Source: Chiloscyllium plagiosum (Eukaryota). Taken from it: 64,000 bases of DNA. Every line of letters starts with the position of its first letter. Within the stretch, counting starts at the first letter, position 1. Under the pieces are notes generated by a model. It was not told the DNA's origin. It was given only the letters and a program-made list of their open reading frames with translations, and searched no databases. Made by a program: the position numbers and the translations under genes. The stretch spans positions 43,147,356-43,211,355 of the forward strand of contig NC_057728.1 in assembly GCF_004010195.1 (NCBI RefSeq). The letters are read 5' to 3'. Shown one piece after another: positions 46,735 to 60,357 of this stretch.

Positions 46735-48000
46735 AAATTATTTATATAGTACCTTTAACATAGTGAACTGTTCCAAGGTACTTCAGAGCATTATCCAACG
46801 GAACATCACACCGAGCCACATAACAAGATATTTGGATAGATGCTCAAAAGCTTGTCCAAAGAGAGAGTCTTTATGAAGTGTATTAATGAGAATTGAGAGA
46901 AAGAAAGATGGTGAGCTTTAGCAAGGGAATTCTCGCGTTTAGGGCCTTTTCGATTGATTAACTTTGGGATGCTCAAGAGGCTAGATTTGGAGAAACAGTG
47001 ATATCTCAGTGGGTTTCAGTGCTGAGGAGATTACAAAGATTGGGAAGGAATGATTCCATAGAGGGATTCAAAAGCAAAAATGAGAATTTTTAAATTATGT
47101 TGTGCAGAGTCAATGTAGAATAATGATATCAAGGCTGATGGGTAATTGGAATATTGTAAATGTGTACAGGTAGCAGACATTTGGGTGAGTTCAAGTTTGC
47201 ACAGGGTTGAATTGGAGGACTGGCGAGAAATATCTTAAAATAGGTAAGTCAGGAGTTATCATAGGTATGACTGAGGGTTTCAGCAGCACAAACTGAAGCA
47301 GATATGGAGTTAAGTGATAATATAGAGATGGAAATAGGCAGTTTTAGTGATGGTATGGATGTGTGGTGAGAAATTCACCTGAGGTTAAATGTTACAACAA
47401 GATCGTAAACAGTCTGATTCAGCATCCAACAGTTGCCAGGAAAAGGGCTGGAATTAGTGGTTAGGGAGTGGTGTTTGCATTCTGTACTGAAGACAATGGC
47501 TTCTGATTTCCAAGTAGTTAGTTGGAAAATGGTATGCTCATTCTGAACTGGATGTCAGACAAACAGTCTGAACATTTAGAGAAATGAAGGGAGAGATCAG
47601 GAGAAGTGGGCAAAAGATAGAGTTCAGTGTCACCAGTATACCTGTGGAAGATGACTCTGCTCTTGCATAATATCACTGAGAGACATCACGTATAGATAGT
47701 TCTTCTATAATGCAATGGTTGTGTTCTTGTGCAAGTGGGCATTATAGAAAAAATGCATTTTAAAAACAATGCTTAAATTGTTGGTGATGTAATTGTGTTA
47801 CAGCCAACACACGTTTTAAAAGTTTGTGGGTTTTCGAAACATTGTCCCCATTTTGTCAATTGTGTTACAGCGAATTTGCATTAATGAAATGTGTGTTGCA
47901 GCAGAACGATCTGCAAATGGGAAATAGCTCAGGACCAAGGGTACATCCTTGGAGACAGATCATTGAGTGGGAAGGCAAGCCTGATATGCGGGATTTAGAC
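46735..48000 (-). mobile_element. old L2-type LINE
   Basis: Antisense L2-like 3' end (tttatatagtacctttaac) and a decayed YADDTQLY-like region near 47620-47650. Confidence 0.55.
47693..47913. mobile_element. Tc1/mariner (Tigger-like) MITE nested in the L2
   Basis: Imperfect TIRs tagatagttcttctataatgca and tgtgttgcagcagaacgatctg; TA at the left boundary. Confidence 0.5.
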
Positions 48001-49189
48001 AGCTTCTGAGAAAGATGTGCAGGAATTTAGGAGGTGTCAGCTCTTTTGAAGACATTGGACACAGGAAAGTAATTTGTCTGGATGGAGTGGTCAAAAATTT
48101 GATTTTTTGAAGAATATTGGCAAAGGTGAAGGATAATCCTTCAGGAAGGAGAAACATCAACAATATCAGGTAATGTGGCAGTCAGGAGGGAATGTTGGAT
48201 AGACAACTCTTCAATGGGAATAGGCTTGAGGAAAAAGGGGTCACATCAATGGGATAACTTGATGAGGGCATGAATGAAAATATATAAAAATTTGCAAATT
48301 TAGAGTAAGGTTAGGAGAAGGCTTTGAGGAAGCTTGTGCTGGTATGTTAGAGGCAGCTAACCAATAGACTGAATTCTAGTGGTAAGAAGCTGCATGAGCT
48401 CCATGTATATTTTGATAGCTATAAGGAAACTATTCTGTGACATTCTCCAATAATTCATAAAATTCATTTCTTTCATAAAATTCTCTAACTAGCAACTTCC
48501 TCACTAACCAAGTGATACTTGGTTGTATCTGACTAATTTGACATTTTGAAATAAAATAAGTTTAATTTGAAAGAAACAGGAAAAATGTCTTCAATAGAAC
48601 GTGCCAAATGGGTTCACTAAAAGGTGTGTATATATCAATGTCTTCATGGAGGCATTGACACTTGAATTAAAACAAATCATGTTCGAGTTTAAATTGTAAC
48701 ATCTATTTTTGTTAGCTTTTATAATCTTTTCATTAACCTTTGAACTACATCTTAGGGTATATTTTTCAATTCTGGCATTAAAGTGGCATGGATAGAACTG
48801 CTTCCTCATCCAATCACATTTTAAAGCTCTTTTTACTACTGTTTTTAGTAATTATATTTATTATGGCAAACCTCTCAAGCAGCCTAATTGCCAGTACAAA
48901 TCAAACACTGCAATTTTCTTGAATGTGCCTCCAACTAATACAGGCATCACTGCAACATTAGCTGTCACTGGAAGCATGCAGCAGTAGATCTACTTTATGT
49001 TGGCCATAGCTGGGAAGTAATCATTCACTGATATTTGAGAATGTTTAATACAAATTCCATGAATTTGCAAATGTGATTAGATGCATTTCCAAAGTCAGAC
49101 TTTTTGGCAGCGGATGCGGGTGTTTACTGTTGCTGCATATTTTCTTCACTTAATACTATCCCTATTTTAACAATATTGTTTCCTTTAAG

Positions 49190-49271
49190 GTTACCTTTAC
49201 CTCCAGGTACATTGGCTACACTTTGGGGAAATGATAAACTGTTCAAGGAGCTTTACTTCACTAAATATCCA
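49190..49271 (+). CDS. ACSS3: ACSS3 exon 12
   Basis: tttaag|G..CCA|gtaagc; LPLPPGTLATLWGNDKLFKELYFTKYP; 82 nt. Confidence 0.95.
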
Positions 49272-49397
49272 GTAAGCATGATTCTTCAGAAACATTTTAC
49301 TTTTACTATTAATACAGTCTGTAAGATGAGCAAACTCTTTTGTGTCAGTATTTGAAATATTTTCTATTTTTGACATCTGGAGAGACATTTTGACACC

Positions 49398-49529
49398 GGG
49401 GAGAAAGTGAGGACCACAGATGCTGGAGATCAGAGTCAAGAGTGTGGTGCTGGAAAAGCACAGCAGGTCAGGCAGCATCTGAGGATCAGGAGAATCTATG
49501 TTTTGGGCATAAGCCCTTCATCAGGAATT
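49398..49529 (-). mobile_element. Penelope family A terminal fragment
   Basis: Reverse complement of the 1015-1143 family; hammerhead core decayed. Confidence 0.75.
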
Positions 49530-50283
49530 CTCTTAAAGCCAGGAATCATTCCCTCCAGAATGTATACCTATTTTGCTAGACCAATGTACAGCTGCTAAAA
49601 GGACCCATAAAGATTGGAGGAAGTAATGTTTTGCCGATTTGTTAGTCTTTTCAGAAACAATATACTTCAAAAAGAAATAGCTGGATTTGAACAATACTCT
49701 GTCCACAGTTAAGGTATGGTCCAAGGAAAGAATTGATTATTTTTTGACAGAAATGCAGATCTAGATCTAAATATTGGATTGTTTAAATAATTAACAGAAA
49801 GGCATGGGGTGAAATGTTTTTTTTAGATTGGCATGACTTTTTTATTAGCAAGTTGTTGACTACTTTAGAATTTTGTGAATTGTCTCAGCTGCTGTAGTGC
49901 AATTGTCACAACTGTCAAAATGTGAACAGTTTCTGATCAGGTTGTTGGATGTGGATTGGCCTGAAGTCTTCTCACTGAGATGGAAGCTCTTGATTAATTT
50001 TGTTTTTCAGCTTTTTAGTTGCAGCGCATCAACCAGGCAGAAAAAATGCCTCAAGATAAACAAATATTATTGAATTAATTGTGGAAGTATGCGTTTTACT
50101 GAATGCCCTCTTCACTCGTATTTTGGGATATTTATCAGGGAAGTTGCAATGATACCAAACAGTGAAACTGGAAATGATTTGTGAGTTATACTGAACAGGC
50201 AACCATAAAATATGAAAGGTACAGAAATAGTTAAAGTAAATATGTAACTATAATTTTAATCCTTTTCCTACCTCTTTACCCAG

Positions 50284-50406
50284 GGTTACTATGATACTAT
50301 GGATGCTGGCTATATGGATAATAATGGCTATTTGTATGTAATGTCACGGGTGGATGATGTAATTAATGTGGCAGGTCATAGGATTTCAGCTGGTTCTGTT
50401 GAAGAG
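50284..50406 (+). CDS. ACSS3: ACSS3 exon 13
   Basis: acccag|GGT..GAG|gtaata; GYYDTMDAGYMDNNGYLYVMSRVDDVINVAGHRISAGSVEE; 123 nt. Confidence 0.97.
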
Positions 50407-50774
50407 GTAATATTATTTTCACAGCTTTTACCTCCATTTTGTATCTTTCCTTTCTTCCCAAAACTGTTCTTCCTGCACAAAGATAATCCACCATCTTGGC
50501 TACCTCTAGGAATGATCAGCTCTATTTCTGATAGAATCACTAGTTATGTTGTCTCAACATGAATACGAAACTTGTCTTGCTACAATGTCTTTGCTCTTCC
50601 CTCTGGGTAACATTGCACCTGATGATTCAACAGCCAAAATACTTTGTCACCAATTCCTTATGTTTAAATCTAAATTCTGTAACATGAAATGCAAGATCAA
50701 TTTGAAAATATTGGTCATGAGTTTGCAAAGGAAAATGAACAATTTACTAGATCTATTCACTGCTGTTCTTGCAG

Positions 50775-50874
50775 GCTATTATCACTCATCAAGCTGTAAC
50801 AGACTGTGCCGTTGTGGCCCTCGAGGATTCCGTCAAGGGGCATGTTCCACTAGCTTTATGTGTTTTAAGGACTG
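50775..50874 (+). CDS. ACSS3: ACSS3 exon 14
   Basis: ttgcag|GCT..G|gtgaga; AIITHQAVTDCAVVALEDSVKGHVPLALCVLRT; 100 nt. Confidence 0.95.
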
Positions 50875-50968
50875 GTGAGATCATTCATTTTACATCTTAA
50901 AAAGTGTTGTACTTGGCCTTCAAAATTAAACCTTCGTCGCATTTTAATTCATGAAACATATGTACCAG

Positions 50969-51144
50969 GTGTGACTGAAACATTTGAGGATCTCACTGAA
51001 GAGATTGTTAAAATTGTTCGTGACTCCATTGGTCCAGTTGCCGCTCTTAGGAAAGTGGTCTTTGTGCCCGTATTACCAAAGACACGTTCTGGCAAGATAC
51101 CTCGTTCTACACTTTCAGCAGTTGCAAATGGCAAGCCTTACCAA
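50969..51144 (+). CDS. ACSS3: ACSS3 exon 15 (catalytic Lys motif)
   Basis: taccag|GT..CAA|gtacgt; (G)VTETFEDLTEEIVKIVRDSIGPVAALRKVVFVPVLPKTRSGKIPRSTLSAVANGKPYQ, containing PKTRSGK; 176 nt. Confidence 0.96.
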
Positions 51145-51522
51145 GTACGTTTGTGCTTTCCTTTATTGTATAAAGCAGTGCATTCAAATATAAAGCTGGC
51201 TTCTTATTAGTAATCTCTTTTGTGTTTTCATTAATGTCATATTTTTATTTGAGATTCCTTCCACACTCGCTCACTTTGCCCTTTCTTGGTTGCTCCTAAC
51301 CTTTGCAGCTTGTATTGCTTTTTAGCACAGAGGAAGAGATAGGTGACTTATGGTCGTGGAGCTGGATTCAGTGCTGTATCATGCTATGTTAAGTCAAAGT
51401 TATACTTGAACATGTACCAGCTGTTTATATGGCAAACACATTGCATGTACTTCAAGCAAATAGACAGTATTTAAAGTCAAAGGGGAGCAGTCATTACTGG
51501 TGTGAAGGTGAATTGCAGTCAT

Positions 51523-51838
51523 GGACGGCACGGTGGCTCGGTGGTTAGCACTGCTGCCTCACAGCAGTGCAGGGACCCAGGTTCGATTCCAGCCTTGGGC
51601 AACTGTCTGTGTGGAGTTTGCACATTCTCCCCGTGACTGCGTGGGTTTCCCCCTGGTGCTCTGTTTCCTCCCAGAGTCCAAAGATGTGCAGGTTAGGTGA
51701 ATTGGCCATGCCAAATTGCCCATAATGTTAGATGTGAATGTAGGGGAATGTGTCTGGGTGGGTTTATCTTCAGAGGATCGGTGTGGACTTGTTGGGCTGA
51801 AGGGCCTGCTTTCACACTGTAGGGAATCTAATCTAATC
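51523..51838 (+). mobile_element. HE1-type V-SINE, full length
   Basis: GGCACGGTGGCTCGGTGGTTAGC head, B-box, V-domain, AATCTAATCTAATC tail. Confidence 0.92.
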
Positions 51839-52029
51839 AAAGAATACAACCCAGACAGTCAATGGGCTGGTCCAGTTGAAATTCATAGGGTTAGCCATGA
51901 TCAGTCAGATGCATAGTCCAAATGGAAACTGGGGATCTGGGTCTTCCAGTCCAGGAATGAGGCCATGGTCAATCCTACAGGTCAAGTCTGAACAACTTGG
52001 AGTTTACAGCTGATTGTTGTGTGCCATGC

Positions 52030-53600
52030 AGACACCAGTCGAGAGTGTGGTGCTGGAAAAGCATAACAGGTCAGGCAGCATCCAAGAAGTAGGAGAATTG
52101 ATTTTTCAGGCAAAAGCCCTTCACCAGGAATGAGGTTGGGAGCCTAGGGGGTGGAGAGATAAATGGGAGGGGGTGGGACTGAGAGGAAGGTAGCTGAAAG
52201 TTGAATAGGTGGATGGAGGTTGGGGTAATGATGATAGGTCAGAGGGAAGGATGGAGTGGATAGGTGGGAAGGAAGATGGATGGATAGCACAGGTCATGAG
52301 GGTCGTGCTGAGTTGGAAGGTTGAAACTGGGGTAAGGTGGGGGATGGGGAAATGAGGAAACTGGTGAAATCCACATTGATGCTGAGGGGCTGGAGGGCCC
52401 TGAGGCAGAAGATGAGGCGTTCTTCTTCCAGTCATCGGTTGGTTAGGGAGTAGCAATGAAGGAGGCCCAGGACCTGCATGTCCTTGGCAGAGTGGGAGGG
52501 GGAGTTGAAGTGTTCGCCCATGGGGCAGTGGGGTTGGTTGGTGCGGGTATTCTAGAGATGTTCTCTGAAGCGCTCTGTGAGTAGCCATCCTGTCTCCCCA
52601 ATGTAGAGGAGACCGCATCAGGAGCAATGGATACATAAATGATATGTGAAAGTGTGGGTGAAACTTTGATGGATGTGGAAGGCTCCTTTGAGGCCTTGAA
52701 TGGGGGGTGAGTGGGGAGGTGTGGACAATTCCTCCAGTGGAAGGGTAAGGTGCCGGGAGGGGAGGGTGGGTTGGTGGGGGACGCATGGACCTGACGAGGA
52801 AGTCGCGGAGGGAACGGTATTTACGGAAAGTGGATAGGGATGGGAAGGGAAATATATCTCTGGTGGTGGGATCTGTTTGTAGGTGGCGGAAATGGCGAAG
52901 GATGATGCGATGTATATGGAGGTTGGTGAGGTGGAAGATGAAGAACAGAAGGTTCTATCCTTGTTGCGGTTGGAGGGGTGGGTTTCGAGGGCGAAGGTGC
53001 GGGAAGTGGATGAGATGCGCTGGAGGCCTTCATCAACCACGTAGGAGGGGAAATTGCAGTCTTTAAAGGAGGAAGCCATCTGGTGTGTTCTGTGGTGCAA
53101 CTGGTACTCCTGGAAGCACATGCAGCAGAGATGCAGGAATTGGGAACAAGAGATAGTATTTTTACAGGAGTTAGGGTGGAAGGAGGTGTAGTCCAGGTAG
53201 CTGTGGGAGTCGGTGGGTTTGTAGAAGATGTCAGTGTTGAGTCAATCCATGTTGATGAAGATGGAGAGGTCCAGGAAGGGGAGGGAGGTGTCTGAGATGG
53301 TCCAGGTGAATTTAAGGTCGGGTGGAATGTGTTGGTGAAGTTGATGAACTGTTCAACCTCCTCGTGGGAGTATGAGGTGGCGCCGATGCAGTCATCAATG
53401 TTGTGGAGGAAAAGGTGGGGAATGGTGCCAGTGTAACAACGGAAGATGGACTGTTCTACGTGGCCGAGAAAGAGACAGGCATAGCTGGGACCCATGTGGG
53501 TGCCCATGTCTACCCCTTACATCTGGAGAAAGTGGGAGGATTCAAAGGAGAAATTATTGAGGGTAAGGACCAGTTCGGCTAAATGAATTAGAGTGTTAGT
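52030..53600 (-). mobile_element. 5'-truncated Penelope family A element (RT C-half, GIY-YIG, terminal repeat)
   Basis: MGTHMGPSYACLF..NIDDCIG (YIDD equivalent); GIY-YIG region near 52600; frameshifted. Confidence 0.88.
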
Positions 53601-54786
53601 TCCAATACTCTTCCACTGACACTCCCCACCAGTACCCTTCTACTGACACTGAATATTGGGATGTTCCATTAGTGATGAGTCTCTCCACCTCCTGCCAAGT
53701 ATTTACATGAGACAGATGTCATAGGGCCCAGATGCATAATTAATGGATTGAAGAATTGAAGGTTGCATGAGCAAAGTCATCATGAGGCATGGCAGATTGG
53801 GCACCAAGAATATCACTTGAGAAAACACTTGTATGAAAATGGGAAAATGGGATGAACAAGGAGTGACATTAATTTATATTGATCATAATTCACTAGTGTT
53901 TTTGGAAACGTTTCACGTGAAGAATCTTTGCGTTTTGCTGAGGTTTGATGCTGCAACTCTTCTGTCTTTAAATTTAATGTATTTTTTGAGGCAGATCCTA
54001 ATTAAAACAGAAGAGGCAGAACAGGCTAAAATATCATAGAAAGGAAATTAATCCACCTAGTTTCTAAAGAAACATAAACAAACTATTGTTTGTAAATTAA
54101 AGACACTAGCACATTGGAGCTGATTTAGACATATGCAAGGACTCTGATCAGTCCAAGCTGAGCAGGAACAGTAGATAATACAGAACAGGCAAGACGAAAG
54201 AAAACAGTACAGATCCAGCTACATACATTTTGCTGCAGATTTTCCTGTTACTGGAAGATAACATTGGTGGGTCTAGTCCATTCAGACTTACACAGACATG
54301 TAGTATTTTTGGTGAAGACCAGATCTGTTGAACCTATATTGATTGTGAACTACTGTCAGTTGGAGATCAGATTTCTGAATTGTTTGATGAGGAAGACAGA
54401 GTTTATCAGATTTTATGGGTGAACATGATCAGCAAAATGTGAGTGGACTGCTGAGCTAATTTATTGTGTGTCTTGTTTGTATCTGTCTTTTAATGTGCAA
54501 TTTGTAGTTTTATATTTTACCAAAATTTGCTTGTTAATTCATATTTAACTCATGATAATTCTAGATCTAACAAAGAAATTCACAAGATTACTAGACTCTA
54601 TTTGACGGATATACTTGAGGCAGAATGGTCAACACCTTCTTAGTTTTTTCTTATAAAATAGTAGGATATAATTCTTCCTGAACTGTGTGTCTGAAAAAAA
54701 CTGGGTTAAAATTGTTCTGATAGTAGTAGCATATGTTAAAAATCTGTAAAACTGTTATGGCTAACGGTGTCCACCTTCTTGTGTAG

Positions 54787-54864
54787 ATAACACCAACCAT
54801 TGAAGATCCCAGTGTTTTCTCAGAAATAGAAGCAATCTTGAAGCAGAGGAAAATTTCATCTTAA
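54787..54864 (+). CDS. ACSS3: ACSS3 last coding exon (exon 16) to stop
   Basis: gtgtag|ATA; ITPTIEDPSVFSEIEAILKQRKISS*; TAA at 54862-54864; TIEDPS motif of the family C-terminus. Confidence 0.93.
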   Translation: MTPTIEDPSVFSEIEAILKQRKISS

Positions 54865-55225
54865 CATTCGGTCCCCTCATATGATCTATTATCACTTTTG
54901 TAAGTGGTGATAAACAATTCCACGTCCATATGGAAATTGCATTCAGAGATATGCCTAAGCTCAATTTTTAAGTTCTGTCTATGTTTTAAACTTTATAACA
55001 CATACTATAAACATTTATTTCTGTAGTGATGTAACTTTGAAAGGGTCAAATACAGTGTATATTGGCATAATATTGTATGTTTAAGTTGTACTTAAAGGAA
55101 ACCAATCAGTAAAATATTTGAGTTATTATCTCTTCTATAAATAAATGGTCATACATGTTATGAAGGTACTTTACGAGCTGCACATTGCTAACTGGAGTTT
55201 TCCACTTTGCTTTCACAAAAGAATG

Positions 55226-55249
55226 AATAAAGTTCAATTTCCAATTAAA
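55226..55249 (+). terminator. candidate ACSS3 polyadenylation signals (AATAAA 55226-55231, ATTAAA 55244-55249)
   Basis: Canonical hexamers about 360 nt after the stop, in AT-rich UTR-like sequence; actual use not verifiable. Confidence 0.5.
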
Positions 55250-55949
55250 CATTCTATACAAAATATATATTTAAATATAACTTTGTACAAAAGTAGCCTT
55301 TTTTCTTTATCATAAGGACAATTTTAAGATTTTGTTCAGATTTAGTGAAATCTAACAAAGAATTATTAGCAAAAATATCATACAATCACTACCATGCAAC
55401 CTGGAGCAAAATTGAAATAAGTTGTTTCTATAAAGAAATGCTGGAAATAATGTTATTTTAGGTTTCTAATTTAATTTGTTAAGGAAATTCAAGTAAGATT
55501 TATTGTCGCAGAGCATAAATTTCTAAAATTATCTGTAAACTACTTTAACTCACAACTCTGTGACTAGATATCCGCATAATCCAAGAAATTTACAAAAAGA
55601 AACAATCTTTTAAAATGCCTCTTTAGTGTATTCGCTTGCTTGAGTTGAAAATTATTTTACAACCTAGTTGACACAACTAGCAACAAAATTGTTGAACTTT
55701 CTTATGAATATATGTCATGTCTGTATGGTATAACTTTAGAAGTATTAATCATAATTTTAGACTTAGATTATGTTAAAAGTCATTATCAGTTATAGCTGTC
55801 ATTTTTCATTCATGAATGAAGACAAGTAACCAGTTATTGCTGTTTGAAGTGTAAAGTGATTTCAAATCTAATGATTTTGCACCTCTTCTCTGTGTCATAT
55901 CTTTGGCCAAAGACTTTATTTTAAATAATTTGTTTTAATCATCTTGTTT

Positions 55950-56243
55950 TAGGTAAGATTCCCTACAGAATGGAAACAAGCCCTTCAGCCCAACTAGTCC
56001 ATCTGACCCTCCGAAGAGTAACCCACCCAAACCCATTCTGGTAGCCTATATTTACCCCTGACTAATGCACCTGACACTATGGGGAATTTAGCATGGGCAA
56101 TTCACCTGACCTGCACGTTTTTGGATTATGGGAGGAAACCCACACAGACATGGGAAGAATGTACAAACACCACACACAGTTGCCAGAGGCAGGGATCGAA
56201 CCTGTGAGGCAGCAGTGCTAATCACTGAGCCACTGTGTCACCC
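55950..56243 (-). mobile_element. HE1-type V-SINE (internally deleted)
   Basis: Antisense HE1 motifs as at 4257-4569. Confidence 0.85.
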
Positions 56244-57159
56244 CATTTTCTTGCCTGTTTTCAGAACAGTCATTTCTGGAATTTATTTTTTAATATCTTT
56301 CTGGGCTGAGGAGTTATGTATTTCTTATTTAAATCACCTGGTTTCAATGCTCGAAGCTTTTTTTTAAATCAAAACTCAAGAAGAATTCAGCTTTCTTGCA
56401 TAAGTTTGTATAATTGCACCAACTTCCTAAAATGGATAGTGTGGAATCTTGGTCATCTGTTATAAAATCTCCTTAGGTAGATCAGTCTTCAATTTTATTT
56501 AATTCTCCTGTAAAGTGTAGTGGGACCTTTGTACAGACTAAAAGTCCACTTTAAGTGGCAGTTGTCAGAAATGAATTATACTTTTATTGTATCTCGTTAA
56601 ACCACCAGTGCAAAAATTACCTTATAAATCAACACAAAAAATTGTGATCCTCACTATGAGACTGAAGTGCAGAGTTCCCACTCAATATACAAGTAAAATT
56701 TAGGACATACTATGGCAACCTCTAACCTCATGTTCAGAAAGGTGGCAATGTGGGGTAAAGGAGGACTGTCATTTTTATGAAAAATGCTTCCGTTTGATTT
56801 ATTTAATAACATGGCTATTCATTCTAAATGGAAAATTTAATGTACAAATCAAGGATGGTTTATTTCATTTTACTTGATAAATGACAAACACAACAGTTTT
56901 TCTGTCAAACCAGGTAGATTGAAAACTGCTTTAGTTATGAGATAAACAAAATTGAGTTTTTACCGTACTTGAAATTTTAAATGAAACATGGTAAATAATC
57001 TGCGGCTTGCCTTAATGTTGCAAAATTACTACATTTTCATTAGAGCTCCAGTATAAGCAACCATTTAGACTCATTGGACAGTAGTTGCTATTTGAAAATA
57101 GCAGTTGCCTCTAAAAATGGACAAAACATTGATGTTTGTTTGACTGATTTCATTCCTTG

Positions 57160-57340
57160 GAGCAGGAGAGTCGATGATTTGGGTATAAGCCTTTCATCAG
57201 GAAGCCACATTCCTGATGAAGGGCTTATGCCCAAACCAGCGACTCTCCTGCTCCTCGGATGCTGCCTGACCAGCTGTGCTTTTCCAGCACCATACTGGCT
57301 TACTCAGATCTCCAGCATCTGCAGTCCTCACTTTCTCCTA
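57160..57340. mobile_element. Penelope family A fragment with inverted head
   Basis: 57160-57203 is the reverse complement of about 57210-57254; TSD ATTT(C/A)ATTCCTTG at 57147-57159 and 57341-57353. Confidence 0.8.
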
Positions 57341-59979
57341 ATTTAATTCCTTGCATAGCTTATCGTCCAAGCCTGCATATCAATACAAAAGTAAGAAAAC
57401 ATGGAATTTTTTTGTTCTCTAATGTGGTTACCTAATGTTCTAACAAATAAAATGTGAAACCTAAGCCATTATGAAATTTTTCCTGGCCCCCTAAATAACC
57501 TGACAGACCTATAAAGCTTCAGCACATGCAATGCAACTAAACTAGATTTCAGGAATAACAGTAGAAGTTTACTACTTGCTAAATATGCACTAAAATGTGT
57601 TGCTGACAGTTGTATTATTTTTCTGTATTATTTTGAAGGAGAAAGTGAATTGTTTTTAATGACAATGCTATTTCAATAACTATACAAATAAAGACAAACC
57701 ATCAACATCAAAATCTTGAACAACTCACCCTTTTGCAGATAGCTTGAAGCCTTAAATTGGTAGAAAATATGAAAATATGGCCAACATAATTAACCTGGCT
57801 AAATATATAATCAGCACATTTAGTCTGAAGCCACAACATAGACTCTTACTGAACAGCATCTTGAACATCGTGTACCATTTACAAAATGTACTTCAGCAAC
57901 AGCTCCTTTGACAGTGACATAGTTGGGTCAGTAAATGTGTTACTAGAGTTGGACATCATTTGCATGCTGGAACCACTGGACTTCAAGTCATAAGCCATTT
58001 GTGCTAATGGTGCCAGACTGCTTTATGCTGCTTGACATTTGCAGATCTGCAGAAAACTCAGGAGTCAGTATATCAATCATTACATTATAAGTAACTATCA
58101 ACTTTCTTCTGAAGGCTGCCCGTCAAAGTCCTCATCTGAATCCTCCTAAGTAGGATTATTGTGTTACCTTATCATCTGGTGAGCTGGAGTCCCTGTCTAC
58201 TACCTGGGTAGAGACATTTCCATTGACTATCTCACTAAGTGCAGATTCTGCCTTTAGAGAATGGCTTAAAATAATGATTCTGAAACATTTTTGATTGAAG
58301 GGTCCCTTTTGAAAGGAATTAATAATCATACATGCTGCCCACTCCCTGCCCCCTCACACTATCCCACCTGAATTATAATACCAGAATCAAAAAGTGTTCC
58401 ATCTAAAGAGTGAACAATACTTCTAAGAAAACAAGTATTTACTTACAGGTATGTACATTTCACTGCAGTGTCTTTTGGCAGAATTGCAGAGATATTAGGA
58501 CATTTAGTCAGAAACCATGTCATAGTGAAACAGCACCTTGAACATTTTGTACCACTTAGGACAAAGATTAAGAAACCTGAGAGAGCAGAAACTAACACTT
58601 TGAAAGCAAGGGAGCGGTGGGAGAGCATAATTGTGGGAAAAACACAGAACTGAGTCATCAGGTCCTTGAGAGAACAGAACGCTGAGAAAGTATAACTTGG
58701 AGTAGAAAACTAGAAGCAACAGCTTGAAGACAGCAGGAGGTCAGGAAAAGCAGGGTTATAGGAATTCACTGATGAATGGAAACAATAAAACCTGGAGAAA
58801 ATAAGAACCTGGATACAGCAAACATTAATAAGGAGTGGGAAGATGGAGATAACAGGAGCACAGCTGAACAAAAGGAGAGAGAAAACAAAGGTATAGAGGC
58901 AAGGAATGCAGAGAGAGTCTAACATAAGTGTGTTGAAATTTGGAGCAAGCAGGAGGCAAGGGAAAGCAGACAGACAGGAAGATCACTAATTGGAGAAGGT
59001 AATAAAGGAGCAGGGATTTAGGAGTCCAAAGGGACCAGAGCATGGCAAGAGGAACAGAGTACTCCACTTACTTTCTCTTGACCAATGTAGATTGGGCAGT
59101 CACTCATTATTGCTGCCTGTAAAAGATTGTCATAAAATGCCTGGGCAAAAGTAGGAGGTGCATTCTTAGTCTATTTGTAGCTTGCACATCAGAAGAGCTT
59201 GTGGAAAAAGAAAAAAGTGAGATGATATGAGGAAGATAAAGTGTGAGCATAGTGTTAACTTGGATGGTTACAGAGCAAGCCATCACTTCACACATGACTT
59301 CTTTATCAATGTCAACAACGATGTCATTGTTTGGCATTAAGACTTGCAGCCATGTCTCACCTGTTCATTAAATGCAACTGTGGAAAGTGTGTTACTATGT
59401 GTGGTGCCATCTGTTTGGATAGTCAGATCAGCTGTGCTTGTACTGAATGGTGGAGCAGACTCGAGGGGTCTGATGGCTTACTCTGGTTCCTCTTTCTTAT
59501 GGTGACAGGCATAGATGAATAGTACATACTATCAGATATCTGTACATATGACTTGTTGCAGTGTGCTAAATTTGAGGGTGCAGTGAATCTTAAATTAACA
59601 GGAAGAGTCGTGACTTCTAGAGATTGTCAGTAGGTGAGTTATGGGATGTGGTGAATTAAACAATGTCTGAGGGTGGTGATATAATGAAAAAGATATGGCA
59701 TGTGAAACTACATTTACCTGAGTACTTCCAAGGGGCTGCTGAACTTCCTTCAGGCTTTGTCAAAATTTATGGGGCTAGGTTCTTTAGATCACAAAATTTG
59801 TCTACAGACGTTCATGGTTCCCTATGAATAGATCACATCTATTTTTCTGTCTTCCTGCTTGTGAGGCCTTGTTATGTATTCACAGTTTTGTTGCACATCT
59901 CCAGAGTGATGTAGCAGTGAAACTAGTTCTAATTCACAATATCTGAGCCATCACAGGATTTCTATCAGCATGGAAATAG

Positions 59980-60357
59980 TTAAAAATCACACAACACCAG
60001 GTTATAGTCCAACAGGTTTATTTGGAAGTACAAGCTTTCGGAGTGCTGTTCCTTCATCAGGAAGCTAGTCAGAGAGTAGTAAGGGTATGGAATGCTTTGC
60101 CTGCAACGGTAGTAGATTCGCCAACTTTAAGTACATTTAAGTCGTAATTGGACGTACATGGAATAGTATAGTTAGATGGGCTTCAGATTGGTATGACAGG
60201 TTGGCGCAACGTCAAGGGCCGAAGGGCCTGTACTGTGCTGTAATATTCTATGTTCTATGAGTAGTGCTTTGAAAACTTGTACTTCTAAATAAACCTGTTA
60301 GACTATAACCTGGTGTTGTGTAATTTTTAACCTTGTCCAACACCAGCACCTCCACAA
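59980..60357. mobile_element. palindromic family B element with a CR1 3' fragment (about 60070-60259) inserted between its arms
   Basis: TSD CATGGAAATAG at 59969-59979 and 60358-60368; inner TTCTATGTTCTATG CR1 tail. Confidence 0.8.

Noticed and set aside
50546..51210. ORF-track proteins of 110-111 aa overlapping exons 14-15
   Set aside because: They are off-frame or intron read-through; the spliced ACSS3 frame explains the region.
52821..53507. 228-aa ORF as a host gene
   Set aside because: It is a frameshifted Penelope RT with a mutated YIDD motif (NIDD).
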